Assembly (NCBI RefSeq): GCF_006345805.1
Contig: NC_042997.1
Location: forward strand, 175,460,001-175,524,000
From: Octopus sinensis
Lineage: Eukaryota
Reading direction: 5' to 3'
Length of the DNA stretch: 64,000 nt
Position numbers and translations under genes: made by a program. This document shows, in pieces, positions 26,089 to 38,989 of the stretch (position 1 is its first letter; each line of letters starts with the position of its first letter). The notes beneath the pieces were generated by a model that saw only the letters and a program-made list of their open reading frames with translations, had not been told where the DNA came from and did no database searches.

Positions 26089-26288
26089 TCTTTTACTTGT
26101 TTCAGTCATTTGACTGCGGCCATGCTGAAACACCCACTTTAGTTGAGCAAATCGACCCCAAGACTTATTCTTTGTAAGCCTAGTACTTATTCTATTGGTC
26201 TCTTTTGCCGAACTGCTAAGTTACGGGTACTTAAACACACCAGCATCGTTTGTCAAGCAATGTTGTGGGGACAAACAAATACACACAA

Positions 26289-26338
<50 letters not shown>

Positions 26339-26497
26339 CGGGCTTCTTTCAGTTTCCATCCACCAAATCCACTCACAAAACTTTGGTCGGCCTGAGGCTA
26401 TAGTAGAAGACACTTGCCCAAGGTGCCACACAGTGGGACTGAACCAAGAACCATACCATGTGGTTGGTAAGGAAGCTACTTACCACACAGCCACTCC

Positions 26498-26500
<3 letters not shown>
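26086..26500 (-). mobile_element. SINE family A (tRNA-like head, internal (TA)n/(CA)n)
   Basis: Reverse complement of 37196-37650. Confidence 0.88.
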
Positions 26501-26542
<42 letters not shown>

Positions 26543-27565
26543 TTACTTTGAACTATTGCTATACTGGTTTAGTGATATTTTAGAATTGTTACATATCCTA
26601 TCCTTACACATTATTTTAGGAAAAGGTCTTTGGGCATCAATGAAGAGCAGCTTTCAGGAAGAAAGCTGCATAGAACCAACCAATCCTTATTCAAGAAATA
26701 AAAGAAACAAAGCATAAAAGATATTTCTAAAAGACACAAATTGTTTTATTTCCCAAACTTGTGTGAAAGTGAATTGTTAAAAAAAAAAGAAATGAAAGAC
26801 AATATGAGGACCAGTGTGTGTGTGTGAGGGAGAGAGAAAAGATTTGTTAGTTACTATTTAAGAGTGTCTCTTTTTTTTTTTTTTTGTATGTAATAGTCTT
26901 TCTTTAGGGATGTGTCATCAGTTATTAAGTTACGGAACTTCATCCTTGACTACATCAAGTCTAGTGTTTTAATGCAATTCAAATACACACTCACATTGTA
27001 TTATATTATATTCCCCCTGCTATATACTGAAAAAGTTAACACAGAAGAAAGTAATTTATTTTACACTCCTTACCTAAATATCATTTGAAATCACAGGTTG
27101 TGTTGTGTCTGCTGTGTTAAACTCATCTTGTCTTAATTTTAGCCTAAACTCTGCTTGTACAGTGGTTGATTGTTTGTACTCAGGAAGTCAATACTTAAAT
27201 AAATTGACTGAAACTTAAACAAGAGCTCTTAATTTAGTCAGTATTAGGCTCATTATGATTTGTTAGCTATTTTGATGAATATGTTGTGTTACTATGTTAG
27301 ATTGCTTTTCAAATTAAAAACTTTAGAGATAGTAGGGCATGTTATCATTGGTTGAACAAAAATGTATTTTTATTTAATCAGTTAAAGCTGATGGATTCTT
27401 AAACTTCTATGTGGCATTTTTCTTGGGATTAATTAGCAGTAACACTGGTATTTTTGTTTATTAAATTTGAATGAAAATGAAATAGTTAACCATGAGGTAA
27501 CAGAAAATCTAATCTATAAGGTCTAATAATTTATCTCTTATCTATCTAGTTTGTGTTTTATGCTT

Positions 27566-27835
27566 GGGTCGGGCTGCGTGTTGTGTTCTTGAGCAAGACA
27601 CTTTATTTCACGTTGCTCCAGTTCACTCAGCTGTAGAAATGAGTTGCGACGTCACAGGTGCCAAGCTGTATCGGCCCTTGCCTTTCCCTTGGACAACATC
27701 AGTGACGTGGAGAGGGGAGACCGGTATGCATGGGCGACTGCTGGTCTTCCATAAAACAACCTTGCCCAGACTTGTGCCTCAGAGGGTAACTCTCTAGGTG
27801 CAAACCCATGGTCAGTGTCTGACCGAAGGGGGTCA
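27566..27835 (+). mobile_element. SINE family C, 5'-truncated
   Basis: High similarity to 2250-2523. Confidence 0.87.
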
Positions 27836-28069
27836 TTAAAAAATATTTATGAAATTCTTATAAATTCCAATGGCCTTTGATAGTCATGAAAAGGGATTGT
27901 GGATAATTGTCTCTGATGACATAATGTTTTTTACTGGATAATACATTTCACATAACTATATATACTGAAGTTTTAATTGATGGCACATAGATTCTGACAA
28001 GTCTTAAAACTATATTGACTTCAACCAATTAATTCTAATCCTAATGTAGGAGAACTTTAAAGCATTCCC

Positions 28070-28410
28070 AGCCACATAGTTCCAAGTTCAGTCCCACTGT
28101 GTGACACCTAGGTCAAGTATCTTCTACTGTAGCCTCGGGCCAACCAAAGCCCTATGAGTGAATTTGGTAGACAAACTGAAAGATGTACATAAGTGTGTGT
28201 GTTTATATCTGTGTCTACCCCCTCCCCTTGCTTAGCAACCGCTGTAGGGATGTTCTCGTCCCTGTAACTTAGTGGTTCAGCAAAAAGCAACCAATTGAAT
28301 AAGTGTCAGGCTTATAAAAATAAGTGTTGAGGTTGATTGAAAATTCTTCAAGGTGGTGTGCCAGCAGGGCCGCAGTCTAATGACTGAAACAAGTAAAAGA
28401 TAAAAGAATA
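28070..28410 (+). mobile_element. SINE family A, degenerate
   Basis: GGTTCAGTCCCACTG-like head and ...ATGACTGAAACAAGTAAAAGA tail. Confidence 0.8.
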
Positions 28411-29033
28411 ATTTGCTAGCATGGGACACGGACATTGATGATTATGTTTTACACACACACACACACACCTTTGCATTGAGCTAACAATTAAAAAATACCC
28501 CTGGAAGTGGGAAGTATTCCTCTGTCTTCCAGAATACCATGGAAGGATTTGAACCTAGCACTACAATCTAAAAAAAATTATAAAATATTTGTCAGTTTTG
28601 CAGAATTCCTGGCCTTTATCATGTCTTACAGCAGAACACTCCTGCAAATATAGGTACCGATTAGTGCCTCTCTGTCTTTCTCTGTCTCTTACACTCCCTT
28701 TCATCTTCTACTTCCCTCTCAGTTGGAAATTGCCTCTATTTTTGTCTTTTGCTCTCCTAGTGATTAATTCAAGATTGCCTCTATGGTATCAATTTACTGG
28801 AGGGAAAACTGAGCCATCAGGTGCTAAGTGCTTTCTTTTTGCCAGTGATATAGTGCAGTGCCAATGACAGAATACAAATTGTTGAACTTTCAACCAGTAG
28901 GTTTTACGCGTATGCACCACAAGTTTTTATATACACACAGACACATATATATTAAAGAATTAGAAAAGTATAAGGTGATGCTAACTGGTTTTAACAAGCA
29001 GTATAAATCATCCTATATTTTGTATATTTACAG

Positions 29034-29094
29034 GTTGGAGAAAGATTATACAGCCCTGAAGAGTAAAGAAAATGAAGAACAGATTGAATTACGG
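29034..29094 (+). CDS. EVI5: Internal coding exon of an EVI5/EVI5L-like Rab-GAP gene (coiled-coil start after the TBC domain)
   Basis: Branch-like GCTAAC, acceptor TATTTTGTATATTTACAG, donor CGG|GTATGT. It encodes xLEKDYTALKSKENEEQIELR, compared from memory with vertebrate EVI5 KLEKEYTTIKTKEMEEQVEIK. No other EVI5 exon was found in the window. Confidence 0.75.
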
Positions 29095-29507
29095 GTATGT
29101 TGAATTTTTTTTTCTTTGTATTTTGGGTTTTTTTGGTTTTTTTTGCTTTTAGTTTTCCAGCTAAACAGTTGCCTGCATGTGGAAGTTACCTTGTATTGTA
29201 CAGTTGAAGATACTGCCCATTATCTTACTATCATTCAATTGCTGAGCCCACCATCATAATCCCTGCATGATGAATATCAAGAAAGCAAAGGCTATTTTCA
29301 TGCATTTCATGACATTATGAACTGTCTTACTTCCCAAGAGTTGGTATTCATTGAGAACTTCTTCCAGTATTTTTTACCTGTACAGCTGCAAGCGAACTAC
29401 TTGGAGATTTGAGGATTGCAAGTTTTGGTTGTGTGAGAGATGTGGAGAAGCTTACCTCAGGGGATAGTAAGGTCACACCCATTTAGCTATCAGGTTTGTC
29501 AAAAGTG

Positions 29508-29735
29508 GCAAGCTGGCAGAAACGTTAGCACCCTGGGCAAAATGCTTAGCGGTATTTCGTCTTCCATTACGTTCTGAGTTCAAATTCTGCCGAGGTCGAC
29601 TTTGCCTTTCATCCTTTTGGGGTCAATAAATTAAGTACCAGTTACACACTGGGGTCGATCTAATCGACTTAATCCCTTTGTCTGTCCTTGTTCGTCCCCT
29701 CTGTGTTTAGCCCTTGTGGGTAATAAAGAAATCAG
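29508..29735 (+). mobile_element. SINE family B
   Basis: GGCAAGCTGGCAGAAACGTTAGCA...GTGGGTAATAAAGAAAT. Confidence 0.88.
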
Positions 29736-30938
29736 ATTTGTCACAGGTGGAGTCCAATTTGTTATAAGTTGTTAGCATAGTACTGGTGTAGATATAACCA
29801 ATAAGCTGACTTAATGAGCAGGGAGATGTAGGAGGCACACATAGTTTTGAAAATAATGAAATGTGAGGTGAGAGCTATTGATTAGAAAGCGACAACTGAT
29901 AAACATTCACCTGAAACAAGACAGTTATATGTATGCGGTCACTCATAAAATTTAATAGAGGAAAAAAATGGTCAATTGGATGAGGTATGAACTAATGTAT
30001 AACACGATTTTAGTTCAAACCAGTTATAATTGTATTTCTACCTGAGAGTTCACTCTACATTGCCTCAGTTCATTTAATGGGAGAAATGGGTACAAAACTA
30101 TTCTGAGGAAATTATATATATGTTTACATTCTAGCCTAGCTCAGGTTTGCCATGTATCATGTTTCATACAGTATGAAAAGCAGGGTTAAGTTCCATTCTG
30201 TGGATCATTGTGATTAGTGGATTTAAATGATACGTGCCTGTTCATCCTAACATTTAACAAAAGGAAGTGTGTGTGTATATGGGTGATTTTTTTTTTTTTG
30301 TTGATTTTTTTTTATCCCTGTAAATTTCATACTTTCTTACAATCTGTTCAAGTTCCTTTTAAAACTTCAGTCATGCAACGTAATGCATTTAGGATCTAAT
30401 ATTACCAGTTCATCTCTCTCTCTCTCTGTATATGTATATATATATTTGTGAGTGTTTGTTATTTGCTTCTTGATTATTGAAATGGTGTATAATGATATTA
30501 ATGACAGGATGTTAAAGATATGGTAATTGAAATAGAGATTTGTTGATAAATAGTGCATAAACTTTACATTATAGTTTTTCTCCCCCCCCCCCCGACACAA
30601 ATATAAGTTAACCTATCTGTGTGTGTATGTGTGTGTGTGTGTTTGTGTGTTAATTGTTTCTGTTGTCATTGAAGTGTATTGGCTTACAACCTGTAGCAGT
30701 AAAAGTACTGCTAATGTCACATAATGGCAACAAAATAAGTCCACATCCTGACTAGGTTTACTTTGCTTTTTTGTTTTTTTTTTATCCCTCTAAGCTCAAT
30801 AGAATAAGTACATCATCATCATCATCTTTTAACATCCATCTTCTATGCTGGCATGGGTTAGATGGTTTGACTAGAGTTGGCAAACCGGAAAGCTGTATCA
30901 GGTTCCAGTCTGTGTATACCTGTGTATAAAATGGTTAC

Positions 30939-31152
30939 TTAACCCTTTAGCATTTAAACTAGCCTCATCTGGCACAAATATTTTACCTATTCTATGTTCA
31001 AACTGACACTTAGCATACTATATCATTCTAAAAATAAAAAACCATGTCATCAAAGTTTTGGGGTAATGAAATAACACATGATTAATTTAAAACAATATGA
31101 ATGAATAATCATTACAATTAACAGAATAATAATCTGAATGCTAAAGGGTTAA
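30939..31152. mobile_element. TTAA-flanked MITE, family P2
   Basis: Perfect 12-bp TIR CCCTTTAGCATT/AATGCTAAAGGG with TTAA on both sides. A degenerate relative lies at 53318-53518. Confidence 0.87.
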
Positions 31153-31344
31153 GGCATGAGAGATATAATCGATTATACCCATGACATACTGTGTCCCAAC
31201 ATTACCAGACTCCAATAAAGGAAACCAATAAAAGAATATTGAACATTGTGTGATCAATTATTTAAACTGTAACTCACAAAAAAATTCGGGGATCGTGTTA
31301 GAAAGTAGCGGAAATGAAAAGTTTTGAAAATGAATTAACATCAG

Positions 31345-32180
31345 CGTAGGAGTGGCTGTGTGGTAAGTAGCTTGCATACGAACCACATGGTTCCGGGTTC
31401 AGTCCCACTGCGTGGCACCTTGGGCAAGTGTCTTCTGCTATAGCCTCGGGCCGACCAAAGCCTTGTGAGTGGATTTGGTAGACGGAAACTAAAAGAAGCC
31501 CATCGTATATATGTATATATACAAATAAGAAAATGAAGGAACAAATTCATTTCGATCATCAACTTACGGATATTACAATTTCATATTATTTATTAATTAT
31601 ACAAATAGGAACGTGAAAATCAAACAAAACAATATACATCAATATGCAAATTAATAATAAAATAAAAATTTGCATATTGTTTTGTTCGATTTTCATGTTC
31701 CTGTTTGTATAATTAATAGATAATATGTAAGTGTAATATCCGTATGTTGATGATCGAAATGAATTTGTTCCTTCATTTTCTTATTTGTATTATGAATTTA
31801 CGGTAAAATATTTTTTACCTTCACCTATTCAATACAATAAATGAATTAATTGCATTGCAATTATAAGCATTTATGTATTTAGTATTTGGGTACTTCCCCA
31901 GCAGTATATTGGATAACTGATATCCCATAGTGGGTTACCCTCATAACTACTACCTTACTTTGTACTATATATATATATGTGTGTCTGTGTCTGTCCCCCC
32001 AACATCGCTTGACAACCGATGTTGGTGTGTTTACGTCCCCATAACTTAGCAGTTCAGCAAAAGAGACCGATAGAATAAGTACTAGGCTTACAAAGAATAA
32101 GTCCTGGGCTTGATTTGCTCAACCAAAGGCGGTGCTCCAGCATCGCCACAGTCAAATGACTGACACAAGTAAAAGAGTAT
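31345..32180 (+). mobile_element. SINE family A split by an insertion into its internal TA repeat
   Basis: Head at 31345-31518 and tail at about 31970-32180. Confidence 0.85.
31519..31790. mobile_element. Foldback/MITE-like long inverted repeat
   Basis: ATACAAATAAGAAAATGAAGGAACAAATTCATTTCGATCATCAAC... is matched by ...GTTGATGATCGAAATGAATTTGTTCCTTCATTTTCTTATTTGTAT. Arms exceed 100 bp, with a small AT-rich spacer. Confidence 0.88.
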
Positions 32181-32470
32181 CAGCGATGACTTTGCAGCAA
32201 GTATTGTGCATTTGCTGATTGTTGCAAGTGCCTGTGTAAGTATGAGCAGACATAGACTCTTCTTCTATTGGAACATCAAGGATGTAACAGCTGGAGAAAT
32301 AAAGAGCGCTGCACCAGCACTAAGCTGGTACCCGATTTTAGCTAATTAGGCTGAAGCAACATGAGATGAATGCCTTGCTCAAGAACGCAACATTCTGCTT
32401 GGTTCAGGAATTGAACTAACAACCATATAATCATGACAGGCCAATACCCCAACCACAAAGCCATGAACAC

Positions 32471-32534
<64 letters not shown>

Positions 32535-33901
32535 TCTTTGATATATATATTTATTTATGTATGTATATAATGCAAGACATTCTTTCTATCATCTGACAAC
32601 TAGAAATTAAAGAGATCTCAGTACCTCTGACAATAAGGGATTACTGAATTAGAAGAAACGATTTGAGCTATGAATTAAATGCTTTAATATTTTGAGTTCA
32701 GAGTACATCAAAAGCTCAATTCACTTTCCGTTTTTATGGAGTTGATAAAACAAGTAGCAGTCAAGTGTTGGAGTTGACAAAATCAACCACATCTCTCCTG
32801 CACAGTAGGTGGCCTTATACCAGAGTTAGAAATCATTACTCAACAGCGCCTAACATATTGATGCACTTCTGCCCATCCCCCTCTCCCCCTTCCTCACATG
32901 TGCAAAAGGTGAAAATAATGTTACTAAGTAAAGAAAAAAATTACTCTAAATAACATAGAAATGTATTTTGATTGAATAACAGAAAACTGGAGGGAAAATA
33001 CCATAGGTGATAACCTATTATTCAAAGATTGTTTTAAATCAAACAATGTTACATTAATGATAGAGTAGTGTGAAAAGAAGGTCACCATTTTTTTTGTTAG
33101 CACCTGATATTATTATAAATGGCCATTGTTTTCAGAGTGCACATCAGGTGGTTTGTCATACATGCATTAATCACCACAGGAGCAGTGAGACTGTCTCACA
33201 AGACAACAGCATGCAAAAGTTCAAAGTGCATACCTGCATAATAATTATATGTTGTAAAATGTGCAAGGCCTAGTTTTCAACATATCATCTCACTGCAAGA
33301 ATGCTAGCGTACCTGGTTTCAGGACAAGAACAATTATCAACAGCAACAATAAGAAAACAACCATGAACAAGTAAGAAGCAGCTACTCATAGTTATAAGAA
33401 TACAAAGAAAAAAAATGTATTTGCAAATATGAAAATAAACAAAACCTTGCCAACAAAAATATAGACTATTCCATTGTGTGTTTTACTGTCTAAATGACAC
33501 ATAGTTAAAGAACTGTATGCGTGTTTGTTTTACTCTAGCAAAATGATGAGGCAATGTGGTATTTAACCAGACTGAACAGTTAGTAACTGTAAGAATATCA
33601 TGTTTTGCATGTATTATCAAACAAATTGGCAGAGACATGAGAGCGTTGGAAAAAATACCCTGTGGTATTAGTTCCAGGTATCTGCTGGCCTCTGAGTTCA
33701 AATCCTGCTGAGGTCAACTTTGTTTTCCTGTCTTTCAGAATCCAGGGAAGTGACCTGGTAGAATCGATAGTGTCAGACAAGATGCCTAGTAGTATCTGTT
33801 CCAGCTCTTTGCCTTCTGATAGCAATTCCATCATTTTTGCTTTGTAAATAATGAATAATAAATAATATTTTCCTATTTGTTAAACACTTCATCCTCTAGT
33901 T

Positions 33902-34737
33902 CAGTGGTTCTCAGCCATTTTTTTGCCTATGGACTCCTTTGATTCCTATTTTTACTCAGGAATTGGGGATGTCTAAAAACAGCTATTATATTTTTATGAT
34001 TAAATTATTATTAGGAACTAGCTTAAAAGCTGCACTCTCTGCAGAGGGTTAATTGGTCTTGCGACCCGAAACTAAAGAAAGCAATAATAATAAAGCATTT
34101 ATTGGTACCGTACCAATATGGTATTACTTTAAATTCAGTTTAAATGAAAAACTTGTAAGTTCACAAATTTTTAGAGTTCTTTTAAAATTTGAATTTTCAA
34201 CTGTTAGCTTATAACAAATCCTCATGCAGCCCTGATCTCAACGTTGGGTGTTCAAGAACGAAATGAACGGCAGATTTTCAAACTCAGAATCATCCTGATT
34301 CCAAAAAGTTATATGTAGAGCAAATGTAGACTAAGATACAGGGGTCCCAGACAAACAGAATTTCACATTTATTATTATAGATTGTATAAGGCAGCAAGCT
34401 GGTAGAAAGGTTAGCACACCGGGCAAAATGCTTAGCGGTATTTCGTCTGCTGCTACGTTCTGAGTTCAAATTCCGCCGAGGTCGACTTTGCCTTTCATCC
34501 TTTCGGGGTCGATAAATTAAGTACCAGTTGCGCACTGGGGTCGATGTAATTGACTTAATCTGTTTGTCTGTCCTTGTTTGTCCCCTCTGTGCTTAGCCCC
34601 TTGTGGGTAGTAAAGAAATAGGTATAGATTGTTTAAAAAATATGTTTAAATATTTTGGGCATTGTAGAAATATTAAGTTTATTGCACATAAATTTTGATA
34701 ACAAAACCTTATATGGACACCCAGTTGAGAACCACTG
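33902..34737. mobile_element. hAT (Charlie-like) non-autonomous element
   Basis: TIRs CAGTGGTTCTCA/TGAGAACCACTG and a perfect 8-bp TSD CTCTAGTT (33894-33901, 34738-34745). Single ends of the same family occur at about 12245 and 16147. Confidence 0.92.
34386..34622 (+). mobile_element. SINE family B nested in the hAT element
   Basis: 10-bp TSD TATAGATTGT (34376-34385, 34623-34632). Confidence 0.92.
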
Positions 34738-36906
34738 CTCTAGTTCGAGGCCACTAGTTCAAACCCTGCTGTTTTATTGCCCCTTTATCAAGGCTATTTA
34801 CTCCTTGCATATGACTACTTGACTGCAAATAAATGCATCGTCTAAACTTCATATTTTAAATGCTTATTATAAATGAGGACATCCTTTTATAACAATATTA
34901 GTCCAACAATTCACACACATATCTAGTGCTCAACATTTCTTTAAGTGATTTTTACTTAGCAAACTTGAGAGGTTTTTTTTTGTTGTTTTTTTTTAATTTT
35001 CTTTTACTGCTAGTGCTATTAAAATCAGCCAAGAAAACAAAAGCAAATAAAACATTTATAACAAAACTAACACTGAAGTATTTTGCTTTGACTAAACACA
35101 AAGTTTTGCAAAACATATCTATTTTGTAAACATTCAGTCTGAGTGTTTGTGTGTGTATGCGGGCATGATCATCTGGTTCTGAAGTTTGCTTTACAGTCCC
35201 ATAGTTTTAAGTTCAGTCCCACTGCTGGGCAAGAGCCCTCTACTATCACTCTGAGCTGTGAGTAGATTTTGTTGACAGAAATTGAAAGAAGTTCATGGTA
35301 CATGTGTGTGTCTGTGTCCTGTCTTTACACTGTGTAATAGCTATTAATGAAAACTACTGTCTTATATATAGGCAGTGTCATTCATTTCCAATATTGCATG
35401 GAATCCAGCCTCAGAAAATTTGCTTCAACAAATTTCACCTCACCCAAGCAAGCACCAAAAGTAGACATTAAAATGGTGGTAATGATTATAATCATCATCA
35501 TCATCATTATCATGATAATCTAAAGACCCTATCAATTTGCTGCCCATAAGTGACCAAGTAGAAACTCCTTCATTGACCACAGTGGTTATACGTAATGCTC
35601 AATAATCTATAATCAATAATAATGATTACATGGCTCTAGATTTCAGAGATTTGAGAGTGGATGGGAGGCAAATGATTTTTAATACTAATGTGCTCAAGAA
35701 ATAATACCTGTAATAGAATATCCTTAGCCATCATTGTTTACCTGGTTCAATGGCATATATACATGCACACAGACATACCTCAACTTACATCAGCAATTAG
35801 TTTTAAGATGTGTGACTGACTTCAAAAAACCATGTAACATGAAAAAGCATTTGAAAAAGTTTGTCTTGTTTTAATATCTGGTTTGTATATATTCTTCACT
35901 TGAAATTTATTTGATTTTCCTCTTCAGTATTGATTTTTAGGTGTTTTCCTTTTTTTTTCTTTAATAATACTTACATTTTTAAATATGTTCACCATGGAGT
36001 TGAGTTTAATTTTTTCCATTAATTTCTTTAAAAAAAACAAAGTAAAAAAAAGATGTAACTCAAAACACGCACACACATATATATCTGTCAACTCATAAAC
36101 AGTATAATTATCACTGACAAAGCAATGCATGTGCAAAATTTTTGGTTCAAAAAGGCTTGTATAACACCTCATAGACTCTCTCCACCCTATTCATATGATC
36201 CAGAGAGAAGCCAAGGGAAGATATCTATTGCCAATTTGGTTGCAGGCTCAGGATTTTGAGCGCCATGACCTCAAATGCAAGCAAAAGATCCCAAGATATT
36301 CAATGCTTTCCCCTGCACATCCATTTTCTCTTTTTTTTTTATTAGCGTGACCTTCTCCTAAAGATATGCTTTGACAAAAGCCAAGGGATGCCTCCCAGTG
36401 GCCTTCCAGCATGCCAAACCTCAAGTCAGAACGTTTTAGTGACCATGTTATTGTTAGATAGTTGTTCAATCTACATTGGGTTCGTCCATCCTTTTGATAG
36501 GTCTTGCTTTTAGTCCTACTGTATTGCTAGCAACCCTCCACACTAGGTTAACCTGGTGGTGTTATCAGCTTAGTCGCCAACAACCTGATTATGCAACAGG
36601 TGCTATTGGTAACATGGAATGTAGGACACACACAAAGTTGTGCACAGTACTACTGTCAGGATGTGAACTGACAACTTTTTTCAGCCGACAAAGCTATTCA
36701 CAATAGCTACAAACCAAATATCGAGAGTAGGCCAAATACACACACTTCATTTAAGATCACATTAAATTTTCAGGCTCTGGTCAAAAGGTCATTTTGTACA
36801 GCCGATACTCCACACAGTCTTCCTGCTTCAGTAATTCTGATATAGACTACAGTCCTGTGATTGTCACACTTTTTGTAACCTCGACACACTGAAAAAGGCT
36901 CTGAAG

Positions 36907-37162
36907 CAGTAAGTTCCCTAAGTGGGTGGTACTGCTCCAGGGTGGGGGGAGGCGGAGCGTTGAAGAAAAGTGGAGCATTAGTGAGGTGGCCAAGGAGGGG
37001 GTGGATGTAAAAACAACAAAATAATGGGTTAATTAGGTTAAGTTTTATATGTGAAGTATAGTTGATCTATGTTTGAGGCAGTGGGTGGGGGGAGGAGGGG
37101 GTGCTAGGAATGTGGCCTGGGTGCCAAGGGGCCAGCAGCTTGAAAAAGTTTAGGAACCACTG
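36907..37162. mobile_element. hAT-type MITE
   Basis: CAGTAAGTTCCC...GGAACCACTG ends; near-identical 8-bp flanks CTCTGAAG/CTCTAAAG. Confidence 0.75.
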
Positions 37163-37195
37163 CTCTAAAGCATACATCTGCCTTTTGGAAGTTTT

Positions 37196-37354
37196 ATAGG
37201 CGTAGCTGTGTGGTAAGGCGCTTGTTTCCCAACCACATGGTTCCAGGTTCAGTCCCACTGTGTGGCACCTTGCGCAAATATCTTCTACTATAGCCTCAGT
37301 CCAACCAAAGCCTTGTAAGTGGATTTGGTAGACGGAAACTGAAAGAAGCCCGTC

Positions 37355-37426
<72 letters not shown>

Positions 37427-37650
37427 GTGTATTTATCTGTGTTTGTCCCCTCCCCACCATCGCTTGACAACTGGTATTGGTGTGTTTTTGTCCCTGTAAG
37501 CTAGCGGTTCGGCAAAAGAGACAGATAGAATTGGTACTAGGCTGAAAAAAAGAAAGTCCTGACGTTGATTTTGTTTGACTAAAAACCCTTCAAGACGGTA
37601 CTCCAGCATGGCCGCAGTCAAATGCCTGAAGCAAGTAAAAGAATAAAAGA
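37196..37650 (+). mobile_element. SINE family A, near full length
   Basis: GCTGTGTGGTAAG..GGTTCAGTCCC head, internal (TG)n(TA)n and ...AAGTAAAAGAATAAAAGAAT tail. Confidence 0.9.
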
Positions 37651-38989
37651 ATATATAAGGTGGTGGGTGAATGAGTATTAAAACCGTTTTAAAACAACGA
37701 TGGTTCACACGTTTTGCACTTTACCGCAGGGAAATGCACGTGCACCACCGGTGTGGTATGTTAAAAACACTCGGGTTTTCTAAATATCTTGGAATTTTCC
37801 GACTTACCTCGAAAACCCATGACACACCAGCAGACCATATGTGCCACTCACGTGTACCTCTGTACAGTGACCCGAAAACGTCTGACCTAGTCTATAGAAT
37901 CGAAATTCACCTTTTCATGACTAAACGGGTTCTATCGACATATCTAAATATGATATTAAAATATTTTTTTTTACATTAGTATATGAGATAAATATGTCGC
38001 TAGATGCACACGAAGTTTTAAAGGAGATATGTGGATTTAAGATTTAAAAAAAAGATCAGATAATGTCTTAATCCACGTTTCCTTTCCTTTGATTAAGAAG
38101 TCTGTCTCAGTGCCTTATCTAAGCTTCTCCTATGGGAGCAAAAATGATGTCGCCTTCTCTTGGTCGCTCAACCTGCTAGAAATAGGAAGTAAGTCTAAAA
38201 AAAAAAAGCTTAATTCTGAGAAAACGAGATAGTCATGGTTGGAATGCTTTTGATCATGTGTCTATTAGTTTCGGTTGACCTGGCAATAAACAGCAAGAAC
38301 CGAATATTAGTTATTATCCATCCCTTCCTAATCTTGTTTATTCTGTCCTTTAGATAACTTCATTTCTTGTTTACATTTGATTAGCATGTCGCCCTATCGC
38401 GTTACCAAAAGCGCAATGAAGGTGCGCAAGCATTCATGTGTGTGTGTGTGAAAGAATTGTCTTCGCCCACACAATTGTTCACAATGTTAGACAATACACA
38501 CACACGCACACACAACTGAGACTGAGTTTATGGATATGATTGTAAATAAATTTCATTTTCATGCGTATTGAGAAAAAAATCATTGTCGTCCAGTCTACTG
38601 GCCAACTTTCTTGTCTGTTGATTATAATATTTTTTTTAATGTAGACAGACAGACGTGTGTACACACACACGATGTGTATACAGGGTGATCACGATGTTCG
38701 AAATAGTTTATAAATTAGTAATTAACTTATTAATTATTATAATTAACTCCTTTTTTTTTTGTGAAGAATTGAAACCTTTATTTAGTATATCGATGATATA
38801 ATTTGAATGTTGTACAGTACTAGTATGGCCGCAGTCCAATGACTGAAACTTGTAAAAATAAAATATAGACAACTTAAGTGTTATGCGTACACACCCAACT
38901 ACGCTGTTATTTTCTTTGGGACAGCAAACTTCTACTTATTCTTTCGTCTTTAACTCTTGTATATTTTTATCTATAAATCTAATATTCAC

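Noticed and set aside
29386-29466. 81-nt plus exon candidate with a CxxC reading (CERCGEAY)
   Set aside because: The phase-0 frame needed to follow the EVI5-like exon hits TGA after eight codons; the other frames have no support.
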